A DNA stretch of 63,309 bases, filler included, from Globobulimina sp. (taxonomy: Eukaryota), in the NCBI GenBank assembly GCA_003354225.1. It is 45 parts of 45 records of this genome, joined end to end, with 100 filler letters (N's around TTAATTAATTAA, not from the genome) between each part and the next. Parts side by side here need not be neighbours in the genome. Positions count along the whole stretch, not along the records: positions 1 to 1,310 come from PIVH01018930.1; positions 1,411 to 2,720 come from PIVH01018931.1; positions 2,821 to 4,130 come from PIVH01018932.1; positions 4,231 to 5,540 come from PIVH01018933.1; positions 5,641 to 6,950 come from PIVH01018934.1; positions 7,051 to 8,360 come from PIVH01018935.1; positions 8,461 to 9,770 come from PIVH01018936.1; positions 9,871 to 11,180 come from PIVH01018937.1; 37 more parts are not named here. One strand, given 5' to 3'. This document shows positions 1-13,013 of the stretch, piece by piece. The notes below the pieces were generated by a model, which worked only from the letters and a program-made list of their open reading frames with translations, did no database searches and had not been told where the DNA came from. Both the position numbers and the translations under genes were made by a program. The stretch's first letter is position 1; each line of letters opens with the position of its first letter.

Positions 1-57
1 ACTATTCGTTGTGTGCGATTTTGCGTATTATTGCGTTGTGGGTTGCGTTCTACGTAG

Positions 58-1158
58 AAGAGTGCTAAGCGGATCGAGATAGAATCTATGAAACCGCAGC
101 AAGTGAGGGATTTTATACGCTCTTTGGGCGGCGCGTACGAGAGATATGCGTCGAAGTTCCGGAACGTGCGCGGGACGCAATTGCTGAAGTTTAGCGAGAT
201 GTCGTTGCAGAAATTCGGCGTGACGGCCAAATTGCACCGCAATAAGATCTTGTTGGAGATCCATAGGAATGCGCCCAATAATAAGTACGCGTCGATCTTC
301 GGCAACGCGATGGATGCGTTGAACTGGAACACGTCCAAAGTGCAGGAATGGTGCACCAAGACACAAGTGACCTCTCTGTATGCACACAAGTTCTTTAATC
401 ATGGTATTGATGGAATGTTATTGTTTGAGTTAGACAGCAAGGATTTGCATACAATCGGCGTGAAAAAAATACATCAGCAGCGCATACTGGATATTATACA
501 GAAGTTCGCGAAACAGCAGTTCCCAGTGAACAATGTTTAGTATCTGTGCTCTTTGTGTGTCTGAGTGCGATTTTGCGAGCGTGATTGTGTGATTTTGTGT
601 GTTTGTAAGGATGATGAGAAGGATGAAGAGTCGAACAAGAACAATGGGTTGACCCTGTCGGAGGAGGATGGCTCGCCGGGTAAGAAGAAGAGAGACAGCG
701 TGGCCAATATCGACCGTATACAGGACTTAGTGCCCAATGGCAATAATAATGTGCGCTCGCAACAGAATAACGACGCTATAATTTATACGATGGGCGAGTT
801 GTTATTAGAATTGGGGCAAATGTTCAAAGTGGGCAAGGTTCAGGATTTGACCATCCGTTTACAGCAACAATTGAATGAATTGCAAGCAAACTCGAGCCAT
901 CCACAGATATTGAAACGAAGGAGTCTGAAGATCGACATCTCGGGCCATGAGCATGAGACTGCGGAGAATGAGGCCTCGCAGATGTTGATCGCGAAGAGCA
1001 TGGACAAAGTGGACACTTCGCCGACCGGCGTGAATGAGGCATGGATTAAGACGCAAAACCAAGCAAAAGGACATAAGAGAAGATCGTCTTTGATAATCTC
1101 TCCCAATCAGTTGCATGACGACGAGGATGATGAAGATGCCATATCTGATATTGAATAA
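58..1158 (+). CDS. Tandem SAM-domain protein, 5'-partial; exons 58-534 and 610-1158
   Basis: Two SAM-like motifs (QVRDFIRSLG..YASKF..LQKFGV..HRNKIL; WNTSKVQEWC..GIDGMLL..DLHTIGV..HQQRIL); phase-0 GT-AG intron 535-609 joins the two ORFs in frame. Confidence 0.8.
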
Positions 1159-1310
1159 AAGTGTTATTACTTATTCTCTTCTTTTTTTTTTATAATATTT
1201 ACATGAATCCTTCTTTCGTTTTTTTTTTGTTTGTTTTGTATTTACAGTGTATCATGTTTTTTTTTGTGTTTCATGATTGATGTTTTATTAATGACTCCTT
1301 TGGATCTTCG

Positions 1311-1410
1311 NNNNNNNNNNNNNNNNNNNNNNNNNNNNNNNNNNNNNNNNNNNNTTAATTAATTAANNNNNNNNNNNNNNNNNNNNNNNNNNNNNNNNNN
1401 NNNNNNNNNN
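1311..1410. other. Artificial contig linker (first of 44, recurring every ~1409 bp)
   Basis: N44-TTAATTAATTAA-N44 repeated identically between unrelated 1308-1310 bp segments; gives stops in all six frames. Confidence 0.99.
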
Positions 1411-2720
1411 ATGCGTTTATGGAAGCGTCGGATGCCAAGGACGATAATAGCAACAACAACATATTATGCATCAATATATTACAATCACTGATATCCATAT
1501 TGTATCGTTGTGAGATACATAACCAAAACGGTAACAACATCTGGACCAAAGAGGAAATAAATACATTTAAATCCTCCTTGCATTATCATCGCTATTTTGA
1601 ATTTTACAAACTTTGCTCCAAATCATTGTTACGAAGTAACGGACAATTAATGGAATTATTTATTTCCACTTTGAATAAGTTGCGTAAATGTTGGACCTGG
1701 AAAGAAACTGAAAATCATAATGATATACTCTCGCAATTCACCATTTGTTTATCTTTATTGTCCTTACCATGGCTTCCCTTTTGCACTCAAAATGTATCGT
1801 CAATGCGCCATTGTGACCGTTCTGGACATTATGACAATGCTGCGGATGCATATAAATACCATCACAACACATTATCGCCAAACGTACATTACATCCAACA
1901 GCCGCATGGTTGGAGGGCCAGCTCTGTCGATGCCTGCGTTGAGATTCAGTCTACAAACCGAGATTCAATGATCATTGAAATATTGGTGCGTTGGGTGGAT
2001 TGCATCATCCATCACAACCACAACAATATCAGTTATGCCACTTATGATCGGTTAGCAAAAATATTTGCGAATCTCACATTATTCCCCGACACAAATATTC
2101 GAATTATAATTGGCATTTCTATGAAGTCGATATTGCAGCATTTGTGTAGCAATAAATTATTACATCATAAGTCCATTATATTTGAGTTGTGGAGTCACAC
2201 CGCATTGTCGCGGATAACTGACAAAGATTTGCGTGTTGAAAAGGCGTATATTAAGTTATTGGAGTTTTGTGGCACCAATTTGAAACCGCATGGCTTTACT
2301 TTAAATTTCAATCCATTGCATCCTTTGTGGGTCATCCCATTCATAAATCAAATCATATCGTTGCCACTGCCAAATAAGCATATTTTCACAAAATTGCATT
2401 TTAAAAACATATTAAATTACTTTGGCAGTCAGAATAAAGCCTTTTCATTGTCGTCGTTCCATTTAATGAATTTATCCGCGTGCCAGCGATCCATTAATGA
2501 CGATAATAAGATTCGTGTGCAAAACAAGGAGGGATACCAAGTATTACACAAATTCTTTGAAGAGAGTACAATGTATATTTACAATGATAGCTATTTTTTC
2601 GATAAGATTGCCCAAAAAGAATCCAATCGGCAGCAATCTGTCGAGGAAACACGCAAAGCATCGCGCAGAAATGGGAGGAATTATATGACTCTGCAATTGA
2701 AATTACTCGCTTTGCATTCG
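1411..2720 (+). CDS. Internal fragment of a large helical-repeat protein, possibly SMG1-like PIKK N-terminal region
   Basis: Open frame across the contig; SRITDKDLRVEKAYIKLL..FTKLHFKNILNYF..SACQR resembles, from memory, the SMG1 N-terminal HEAT region. Confidence 0.4.
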
Positions 2721-3173
2721 NNNNNNNNNNNNNNNNNNNNNNNNNNNNNNNNNNNNNNNNNNNNTTAATTAATTAANNNNNNNNNNNNNNNNNNNNNNNN
2801 NNNNNNNNNNNNNNNNNNNNACCCAGCAATTCATTTCTGTACAGACGCAAAGTTCTAAAATCCTCGAATTCCTAAAAAACGACAATGATTATGAAAAGAA
2901 ACTGAGCGACAATGATTTTGACAATTAGTATAATGGAGGAATTGTTTGCGCACTTATTCAAGTTAACTGCAGTAAATATCGTAGCATCAATACCGTCACT
3001 ATCAACACCACAAACTACTAATTCCATGAACTGATTCCCGTCAACTTCAGCACAGATATTCGTCAATTTAATCATTAATAAAGCAGTTGAAGCAGATTGA
3101 AGCAGATTTTTCTTAAAGAATTGTAAAGCAGTTGAAGCAGATTTTTCACATTGTAACAAATTGCAACAATGTA

Positions 3174-3227
3174 GGACCTAGGACCTAGGGTCCAATTTTA
3201 ATTACGTAATTTAACAACACTCCCTAA
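3174..3227 (-). mobile_element. Zator-like transposon terminus (end at 3224, TWA site 3225-3227)
   Basis: Reverse complement TTA-GGGAGTGTTGTTAAATTACGTAATTAAAATTGGACCCTAGGTCC is nearly identical to 57602-57648 and similar to 16934-16984. Confidence 0.7.
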
Positions 3228-3279
3228 TATTACGCAGTAACAAAAACTGTGCGGCGGACTTGCACTGTGTGATCAAACC

Positions 3280-4130
3280 ATGCAAGTCTTTCGTGATGAC
3301 CTGGAACTGCGACCACATGCAAATGAACGTCAACCATTACTTACCAATACAAACCAAGACGAAGACGAAGACGTTGACGACATCAATATCGATATGAAAT
3401 CATTTTTAACTGCATGCGCAGCCAACTTAGTTCTGATCTATATCTATTTTCAACACTCAAACCATTGAATAACACTAATATTTTGCATACAATTGCAATC
3501 AAACAGTATGAATATTATGATTTTGCATTATTAGGCTTCTTCGCAACAGAAATATCATCCACATTATTCCCTGATGGCCCTGGAGCCTCTGCCATCATTC
3601 AATTATACAGTTTATATGCAGTTGGCTTCATCGCTCGACCATTTGGGGGTGTCGTATTCGGTTATTTTGGTGATCGATATGGCCGGAAATCTGCTTTGCG
3701 AATGGCAATGATTTTAATGTCTTTTCCCACATTTCTCACTGGCTGCATACCGGGATATAAATTCATTGGATGGTGGGCGCCATTCATTTTATTACTGTTG
3801 CGAGTGTTGCAGGGCCTATCCACCGGCGGTGAAAACAGCAGTGCCTCCATCTACATTTATGAAACTGCACCAAAGCGCCAACGGGCATTATGGCTGTCAA
3901 TATTTGGCATCTGTTCCTCGGGCACATTGATTGCCTCCTTAGCACACGTAATACTGCAAAATATATTGAATGAGACACAAATCACTCGTTGGGGATGGAG
4001 TTTAGTTAAATTTTATAAAAACTATATTATATTCATTTTATACCCATACATGTTACATAAACATAAAAAACATCAGGAATACCCTTTTTATTTGGAATTG
4101 GACTTTTCGTTTTTTGTATGTTGATGCTGT
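3280..4130 (+). CDS. MFS transporter, metabolite:H+ symporter (ProP/KgtP-like) family, 3'-partial; introns 3430-3506 and 4000-4076
   Basis: After splicing: ANL-YEYYDF, GFIARPFGGVVFGYFGDRYGRK, LRVLQGLSTGGE, WGW-RIPFL; both GT-AG introns restore the frame. Confidence 0.9.
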
Positions 4131-4304
4131 NNNNNNNNNNNNNNNNNNNNNNNNNNNNNNNNNNNNNNNNNNNNTTAATTAATTAANNNNNNNNNNNNNN
4201 NNNNNNNNNNNNNNNNNNNNNNNNNNNNNNATCTTTTGGAATATATCGTTTAGTCAATTAAACATCAAATTCCTTGGACTAAATAAATATTATCATTTTT
4301 TTTG

Positions 4305-4743
4305 TCAGTCAACATCAATCATATCATTGTCATCTGTGGCTTGTTGACTTGCTTCTGTTGGAATGGTGTTTTTTGTGTTTTCGGTGATGTCATTGTCATT
4401 GTTGTTCGATGAATGATCATCATCGTTTTTAGTGTTTGTAAGTTTTGTGGTATGTGTTCCTTCCAAACTTTCCTCTGATTGATGAGAGATATTCATTGCT
4501 TTGTAATTGTTAACACGTGATTTCAATGCATGAATACGAAAATATGTATCTTGAATGGTGTCTTTTATGCGTTCAACTTGTTTTGAATAAGTACTAAATT
4601 TATCAAATGCAGAAGATGATAAATCTATTGATTTATTCACTGCGTTTATTGCCAATGTTAGACTTCTTAATGCGACTTGTTGCTTCCTTTCAATTTCTTT
4701 TATTTGTGCTGATAATACTGGACTTTCAAACAATTCCTCCATC
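4305..4743 (-). CDS. Small coiled-coil protein, possibly BLOC-1 subunit (snapin/pallidin-like)
   Basis: Short ORF with coiled-coil pattern QIKEIERKQQ..YSKQVERIKDTIQDTYFRIHALKSRV and an acidic tail. Confidence 0.35.
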
Positions 4744-4966
4744 ACTAAACTCAAAATTCCAAACTAAAGGTTTTGTAGATAGATAATGGCAAAATTCAAA
4801 AGGATCGATGCTTGGAAATAGTAAAATTAATATAATATAAATAATAAATAATAAATAGTACATAAAACTAAAACGCTATCTGTCCAATTAATTACACAAA
4901 CATACAATTGAATTCGAGTGCCAATATAAACATAAATTAAAAAAAAGCTAAAGTCCGCAGTCATTA

Positions 4967-5540
4967 TTAATACCCCGTCCATCCTTTTCTGTTCACAAAT
5001 TTCCAGGTAAAAATAGACGAGCACACCATAACCACCATCACCATCATAAACCCATAGATATTATTATCAAACAGAGTGTTCGCGCCAGGCGCATATTGGA
5101 ATGGCACCTTACAATTCATGCCCCAAATGCCTGTAATCACAGTCAACGGCAAGAAAACAGCACCGACGCCTGCCAATTTCCCGCCAACTTGAGCTAAATT
5201 ATTGGATTGCTGTGTCATTTGAAGCGACACCTTAGCCACAAATATATTTTGTATGGATTGCAATGTTTGCGTCCCCAATTCCAACACATCCACCATTCTC
5301 ACAGTATGGTCATTGATATCCCTCCAATATGGCTTCGGTACATCGGACAGAAAGTCCTTTCTCAACAAATAATTCTTGACTAAATTATGTGTGATGGTGG
5401 ACTTTGCCGACAACCGTGACCTATACAACACGATCCATGCTCGCGCATTTTGCATACGATGCAATAGCTCCGTTTGCGACTCATTGAATTGCACAGTTTG
5501 AATATGAATTGCTCGCAAGTTTCAACTTCACGCACAATCG
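4967..5540 (-). CDS. CorA/ALR1-family Mg2+ transporter, C-terminal part
   Basis: YWRDINDH, VFLPLTVITGIWGMN (GMN signature) and a second TM helix. Confidence 0.9.
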
Positions 5541-5640
5541 NNNNNNNNNNNNNNNNNNNNNNNNNNNNNNNNNNNNNNNNNNNNTTAATTAATTAANNNN
5601 NNNNNNNNNNNNNNNNNNNNNNNNNNNNNNNNNNNNNNNN

Positions 5641-6620
5641 ATGGGATAAAATCTGTAGTCCATCCGATGTGTCACCGTTTATCATCCGGTTGCATGCCGT
5701 ATGCATTCCAGATGTTGTTGGCGGATAGTTACCTTTCATCAAATCAATATGTTTTGCAATATGCAAATAAGTGAAATAGCAACATACCCATTCCATAATT
5801 TGCCCATATTTCATATAAATAAGCTTCCAATTCATACAATCCTTTCTGTGGATCATTGGATAACTGCGAACATAAAGGAATAGCAGCTGTGATTTGTGCG
5901 GCTGTCGCAGTCAATAACGACGCAGTAACACAGTGATGAAGCCATTGAATGTTTGGTGGCATTCGTAATCACAGCATAATAACAATACGGATCAACCAAA
6001 GAATTTGAAGTATAAAATATTGGTCCCGACGATGCCAACGCCATATCGAAATATTGCGGGTATTTTAATCGTAACCAAACAGCCAATTCGCCGGGATATG
6101 AGACACCAAATACAATGACTGGACATGTGGTACAATTAAAATATTGCGTTTGCCAGTAATTCATTAAAGTCATATAATCAGCCATTGCTTGTTCAACTTG
6201 TAGCAAACCCAAATGATCACTGTCTAATATATAGTTATTATTAATATTACTAGTCCCAAATGGCATGGATTCGCCATAAAAGCGATGCTCTGATGTCAGT
6301 AATAAACCATTAACTTGTTTAGCGAAATCCTGTACAAACCCATAAAAACCACAATTATTTGCTCCTTCGCCGCCTACAACATATAAAAAAGGTCCTTGTT
6401 TATCTGCACCGGACCAATATTCATCATTGTAACACCATCTTTGTTTCCAGGTTGTTTCTGCGCGATATGCATTAAAATGATCGAGTGTTTGATCATATAA
6501 TTCTGGTTGAGATGCAGCCAATGGCTTTGTTGCGTAAATATCATTGAAATCAAATCTTCCATCTACGACCGCAATTAAAATCGGTAAGGAGAGTACGAAT
6601 AAAAAATTGCAAGTTGCCAT
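5641..6620 (-). CDS. Serine peptidase S28 (Pro-X carboxypeptidase/DPP7-like), 3'-partial, frameshift near 5950
   Basis: Signal peptide, DQTLDHF, GGEG, EHRFYGESMPF, VEQAMADY, nucleophile motif GVSYPG, WLRLKYP..ASSGP; homology continues in another frame (NYPP). Confidence 0.9.
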
Positions 6621-6740
6621 GTTTAATGTGTTGTAAGTTTTACTAAATTAGCCTAGGCATTGATAGAGAAAAAAAATAGTCGAAACAAAAATTGGGAGAG
6701 AGAGTAATCGCTTGACTAGTATTAATAACAAAAACAGAAC

Positions 6741-6950
6741 ATGTCAACTCTCTTTTCTGTTCTTACAACAATTTTACTGACATTTATCTGTGTGGATTCA
6801 TTGGATATTCATATAAGTGTCAATGAAGGAGACGACCGAAATTCTGGTGTATCAAATCACGCAGCACTAAAAACCTTAAACGCCGCAAAATATATGATAC
6901 GTGATATAAAACAACAGTATGGATTACCACCCGAAGGAATATCTGTATTA
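6741..6950 (+). CDS. Secreted protein, N-terminus of right-handed beta-helix (pectin-lyase-like) type, 3'-partial
   Basis: Signal peptide then IHISVNEGDDRNSG..ALKTLNAAK..IR..GISV, the typical cap of such proteins. Confidence 0.55.
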
Positions 6951-8460
6951 NNNNNNNNNNNNNNNNNNNNNNNNNNNNNNNNNNNNNNNNNNNNTTAATT
7001 AATTAANNNNNNNNNNNNNNNNNNNNNNNNNNNNNNNNNNNNNNNNNNNNAAAGTTGGGTCGCGTTTGTGCTTCGTTAAAACAAGCCGAAAAGTATGAAC
7101 AGGTCAAGCGACACTCGAAACTAGGATATATGTTATTTGGAGCGAATTGTGATCTTATGAAAAAATTCAGCAGCATTGTGAAGCTAGGTAAATTCTTACG
7201 TTTTGCACACATGAATGGTCTGAGTGCTGCACGGGAATTAATTACAAAAACAAATGATCCCAGAATAGCACAAGAAAAAAGAGCTGCGAAACAAAAACTA
7301 AAAAATGAAACTTTTGAATTAATTTATGACATCTCTAGTGAGTTGGTTCGCTTCATCGCTCGCAAAAAAAAAAAAAAAAAATTACCCAGGAGTCAATGTC
7401 GCTAGCCGACATCTAGGTTCGTTATTTATTTTTGTTTTTTTTAACCAAAAAATAATTAAAATTTGTTATGTTTGTTTTGTTTTTGAAAATAAATATTTAT
7501 GGCATTTTGAAAATAAATGTAGATTCGGACCTAAAGACATAATTTTAGGCACGATGCAAATTGCTTATTAGAAACCCGACATATGGGCCATAACACTGTG
7601 GAATACGAAAAAGATGTTATAAGCCATAACACAGTAAATTGATATTGGATGTTATAAGCGATATATTTAGTGAATACGGAGAACGGAAAAATTGGTGAAA
7701 AAAACAAGTTATCGTTATACGAGAATCGATTTGAAGCGGACTTATTAAATCGATTTAAATTCATACCATTGGCATTTGACAGCTTTCGAGGAATGAGTAA
7801 GAAAGAAAGCAAACATGTAATGCAGCATTAAATTATAAAGCGAGCCGATTAAATCACGATATTATGATTGAAAAGAAAAATTTTTACGCGAAATTTTCTA
7901 TATTTATTAAGAAAAATGTGATTAAATCATTAAAAAATCACTTCACAATACAATAGATTGTTGATAAGTGCATAGTGTTAATTATTAAATTTTATATTTT
8001 AATTTTTAATACACTTTTTGTTTGATTTGCTTCATATATCATTTATGTGATTTGTTGTTTTGTGTTGTGTGTATACCGAAACGTCTTTGTAATCAAACCT
8101 TGCCACATTTTCCTCACTTCTGGCATATAATTCAGAGTAGCTTTTACCGTATATTTTCTTGAGATTGCTCAGTTCCTTCTCAATGTCGTTGAGAGTGTGC
8201 AAGGATTTATTAAAAAAAACACTCCACCTGTTGACTCAATGTCTATTTAAATTATAATTAACCACATTTGTCCAATTCGAATCATCATTGCCGTCGGTAT
8301 TTAATTCCTGCATTGTTGGTGCTTTGGGTTTTGGATATCTCGGCGATACCTTCTTCTCCTNNNNNNNNNNNNNNNNNNNNNNNNNNNNNNNNNNNNNNNN
8401 NNNNTTAATTAATTAANNNNNNNNNNNNNNNNNNNNNNNNNNNNNNNNNNNNNNNNNNNN

Positions 8461-9741
8461 ATTTATATTTATGTCTTTTTTCTGATTAATAAATTGATGA
8501 AATAATTGTGAAATATATTGAGGAATATCGGATATATATGGTTTCTCCAAATAAATATCTGCAATTTCACCATTTATTAATCTCAATAATGTATTTACGT
8601 CGCCTTTATTTGGTTTAATACCACGCAATGGATATCCTTTAAACATCTCATTTAAAATATTAATAACTTTTATTAAACGTTTAAAATTTTGTTTGGAGGG
8701 AATATTTCGAATTGTATCAAATGTTAAGGGTTGGAGTCCACCAATAAATAATCGTTCATCTTCATTGGCAAACGAGGTCCAAAAATTTGCATCCATAAAG
8801 ACAGTCGAACTGTGAGTATTTTTTAAATCCAATACGATTCCCTCTGCGCCAAATATTGACCATGCAATGGTGAAATCTGTGGTTGTGGACAAAGGGCCGC
8901 ATAATTTTATTGTAGTGCTATCAAATAACATCGTCGAAGATACGCCGTGATAAAACATCCAAATATCACTCTCATCCATACCTTCACCATAACATTCCAC
9001 ACATTCACGCAGACTCCGCGCCCAATGATAAACTTCGCGATGTCTCTCTTTCATTTCCAAATCTGTCTCATACACAGTCTTTTTTCGATATGTCCCTGAA
9101 AAGGCGGCGGAATGCACCGTAAAATTACAATACATCATCAATGACATAATATGCTCGATTTTTATCAGTTCATTTTGTTTTATTCCATACACTTTCTCAG
9201 TCCACGCATATTTCTCAGGCCATATATGTTGTGCTAACAAAGGTGTTGCATCTTCAGCTTTTAACCAATGATTTAATTTAATTTGTGCTTTTTCGAATGT
9301 GTCTTCAAATTGGAATATTGAAAAGGTGCTGGCTTTGTTATTCAAGGCCTCTTCTTTCAAATTCATGTATTTCTTCTCTACGAACCAATCAATGATTAAA
9401 TACCCCGCATTGCCCTCAACTGCTGGTTGTCCCCCAGACATTCTCCATAATACATTCCATTCTTTGTCCCCATTAATTTTATAATAATCCCAGTAAAAAT
9501 ACCTAACGCCGGCACTGTATAACATTGCTTGTTGATCGATTTCGAAAACCGCACTTTTAAATATTTTGTTTGCCCCGCTTTCATCCGCCGCAAACACTAA
9601 AATATTGGATTCATGATACTCGTAAATATCCTTATAAATACTGTCTGGTTTATACTCATCATTTTCAAGGAAGGATAATAACTCATTCATTGCCTCGATG
9701 TTCGTCGCTCTTCTTTTTATTTCGCAATATAAGTCATCCAA
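8461..9741 (-). CDS. Uncharacterised protein with ADP-ribosyltransferase-like domain
   Basis: Long ORF with FYHG, GPLSTTT and SFANEDERLF in the order and spacing of the ART catalytic strands. Confidence 0.6.
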
Positions 9742-9889
9742 AAATAAGCTACTTTTTGTTTGACTCGTTTNNNNNNNNNNNNNNNNNNNNNNNNNNNNNN
9801 NNNNNNNNNNNNNNTTAATTAATTAANNNNNNNNNNNNNNNNNNNNNNNNNNNNNNNNNNNNNNNNNNNNTGATACAACAAAAAATATC

Positions 9890-11027
9890 ATGCATAAAAG
9901 AGAAAAAAAACAGATCGCACTGCATTCTGAAAGTGATGAAACCAAATCGGAAGAACCAATAAAATTAAACATTACTCATTTACCATCGGCATTAATCTCA
10001 GAATGTACATCATATCTCAACTTAAATGAAACCATTTCTTTTATGCAAACCTCAAAATATTTATGCAAATCAGCAACGATCACTACATTAACAACACCGA
10101 TGTGGATCGATAAAAAGAATGCAAACTATGCTAATATCAATCATCAATCCGCGAGACAAATAATTAAAACTAAAAATGTTTGTTAAAAATGTTAAACGTT
10201 TGTCTTTACATCAATCATATTTTAGTAATTATAGATTTGAAGAATATGTATCTGATTTAGATGAACTTAATGTTTTTATGGATAGCGATCGAAAACTAGA
10301 TACATTGCAATTAAATCAAATGAAAAAAACCATCCAATCAATAAATATTAAAAAATTATGCTTTAATTTAAGTAGAAAGGGATTTGGACCATATTCGAAT
10401 ATTAATATATATCCAGCATTATGGAGTAGTAATATTAATGTCCATTATCTCTCATTGCAAGGATTTCATAATTATAATACAGCTCAAATACCACCACAGA
10501 GTTTTGATTGTTTTTCATCTTTACAACAAATTAAAAAAATTTATTTTGAACAATGTGACGATTCTATTTGTAAATCAATATTAGAAAAATTAAAATCGAG
10601 TAACTTAAGTATTATTTATAACGATTCATTTACGTTTAATGCATCAGATATCCATCAAAAAGGAATTAGGAAATTGCATTGCGTTTATTATGATAATGTT
10701 GATTTTTTTAAGAATATGTTTAATAACAACAAAAATTTGCAATATTTACATTTGTTTGAAAACATGGATGTATTCGCATTGCCGGAAGTATCACTTTTAG
10801 ACTCCTTAGAACATGGCCTAAAAGATACAAAATTTAATAATGATTTGACATTGGTGTTGCCGGAAACTTATTGTTCCAGTCTTATATATAAAATTGCAAA
10901 TATTGCAGAATTAATGAAAGAAAATGTTGCAAAATGTTATAATTACACTTTGACAAGAACTGTTTTCCAAACAAACGTTCTGTTTCCTAGACAAATAGCA
11001 CAAAGCTATAACCGTAAATCAGTATAA
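9890..11027 (+). CDS. F-box-like/LRR-like protein, frameshift near 10180
   Basis: LNITHLPSALISECTSYLNLNETISFMQTSKYL is F-box-like; downstream LxxLxL repeats lie in an overlapping frame. Confidence 0.45.
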
Positions 11028-11299
11028 TGTGGTGTTGTCGACGCACCTGATCCCCAACTCCAACTATATTTGCATTCGGATTTTACTGATCATAAATATT
11101 GGCATAATGATAATGTTTAATATTCCTTCTTTATTAAACGATGAATATTGTGCCATGCGCATACTATATTCTCCATCATTNNNNNNNNNNNNNNNNNNNN
11201 NNNNNNNNNNNNNNNNNNNNNNNNTTAATTAATTAANNNNNNNNNNNNNNNNNNNNNNNNNNNNNNNNNNNNNNNNNNNNAATAATAATAATATATTAA

Positions 11300-12590
11300 A
11301 TAGGGAGGAGGGCCAATTGGTTGGTTCGAGACTGGCGACCCAGACATGTGTGCATTCACTGATGGCACGTATTGTTTCACTCCAATTTCCGATCTGCAGC
11401 AGCATGGTTGTTGTGTACCAGGTATTGTCTGTATGTGCATGACAGGACAGGCATTATAATATAACTCAATTATAACTCAGGAAGCTGTGTTGGCGAAGAT
11501 GCTGTTAAAGTGTTACAAGAAAATGTGTGGTGTTATCAAGGATATAATATAACATATGCTCAACATATGTATGAGGCCAACTTTTCAATTACAAATCGTT
11601 GCGAGCCGATTCCTCGCGATTTTTCAAACCCTGGATTTTATATTGTTGTTATTCTGTTTTGTATGTTGGCAATGTGCGTAATTATGGCCAGTGTTATGAC
11701 GCAATATTTAGCTGAACAACAACCGGAAGATGACAATAATAATAATTGCTTTTTATATTGTTTCAGCATTCAGAATACGTGGAAAATATTTAATTCCCGG
11801 CGACCAGAAAATAAATCGGAATTCAATTTCCTTGACGGATTGCGCTTTGTGTCCATGTTATGGGTGATATGGGGACATGTATATGTATATATGATGTTTG
11901 GTGGAGCTGTGGCAAATTTAGACACTGTTCGAATACCACCAGCGGACAGAATATTGCCACAAGGCGCGATGCCAGACGATTATCCATATGTTTTTAATAA
12001 ATTATATATGATGTTTGCTGAATATGGCCGGTTTTCCGTTGATACATTTTTTTTTATAAGTGGTTTTTTAGGCGCATTTTCATTGCATAGACAGTTACAA
12101 AAATATGATGGTAACAAGGCATTCCGTACACTGTATATATGGATACCATTGGCATATCTTCATCGAATATTACGTTTGCTGCCAATGATCGCTTTTGTGC
12201 TGCTTTTGCAGATGTTTATTTTGGATCAAATACCGTATGGTTATAAGGTTGATTCGCGGGTTGATAATTATGAAATGTGTGCAAAGTCTTGGTATAAAAT
12301 ATTGCTATTCTATGCTAGTATGGATAAACGGAATGGAGGAGGTTTGTTACACACATACTTTTTTATATTGTTTAAAACCATAAACAAAAAAAACCTGTTG
12401 CTCTCATGTCTGACTTGACTTGAACTACATAGAGTGTTTGGGTCATTTATGGTATGTAAACGTCGATATGATGTTATTTTTATTGTTACCATGGATCATG
12501 TTATTATTTAAATGGAACGCATTGCTGGGTATATTTGCCTCATTGGTTCCTTTTTTTGCTTGTATTGGAATACGTACATATTTTGCAAGT
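11300..12590 (+). CDS. NRF-6-like O-acyltransferase (acyltransferase 3 family), partial, with introns
   Basis: FLDGLRFVSMLWVIWGH, FSVDTFFFISGFL, YLHRILRLLP, CLGHLWYVNVDM; intron about 12342-12432. Confidence 0.9.
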
Positions 12591-13013
12591 NNNNNNNNNN
12601 NNNNNNNNNNNNNNNNNNNNNNNNNNNNNNNNNNTTAATTAATTAANNNNNNNNNNNNNNNNNNNNNNNNNNNNNNNNNNNNNNNNNNNNTTGGCTTATT
12701 TGTTGAAATCAGAAAAAAGATTCTATGCTCCAGTTGAATCAGCTGTAGATGCTTATACTTATCAATGTTCAGTAAAAGTTTGTAGTAACATAACAACAGC
12801 AGCCTTATCAATACTTTTATCAAACAGGTTAAGGAATGTTTTAGCTTTTACGTGCATTACAAAGTCTATGTTAACATTGTTTACATTTTAGTTCATTTTA
12901 TCAAACACATACAAGAGAATATAAGGTACCCCTTTCTTAAACTTCTCCATTCACATCTTTTCTTCATTTCTATTTTGTTACCTTTCTATATTTATATTTC
13001 TATATTTTTCATT

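Noticed and set aside
5930-10190. Programmed frameshifting in the S28 peptidase (about 5950), at the A-run near 7364-7381 and in the F-box-like gene (about 10180)
   Set aside because: No consistent slippery site or structure; indel errors or pseudogenes are simpler explanations.
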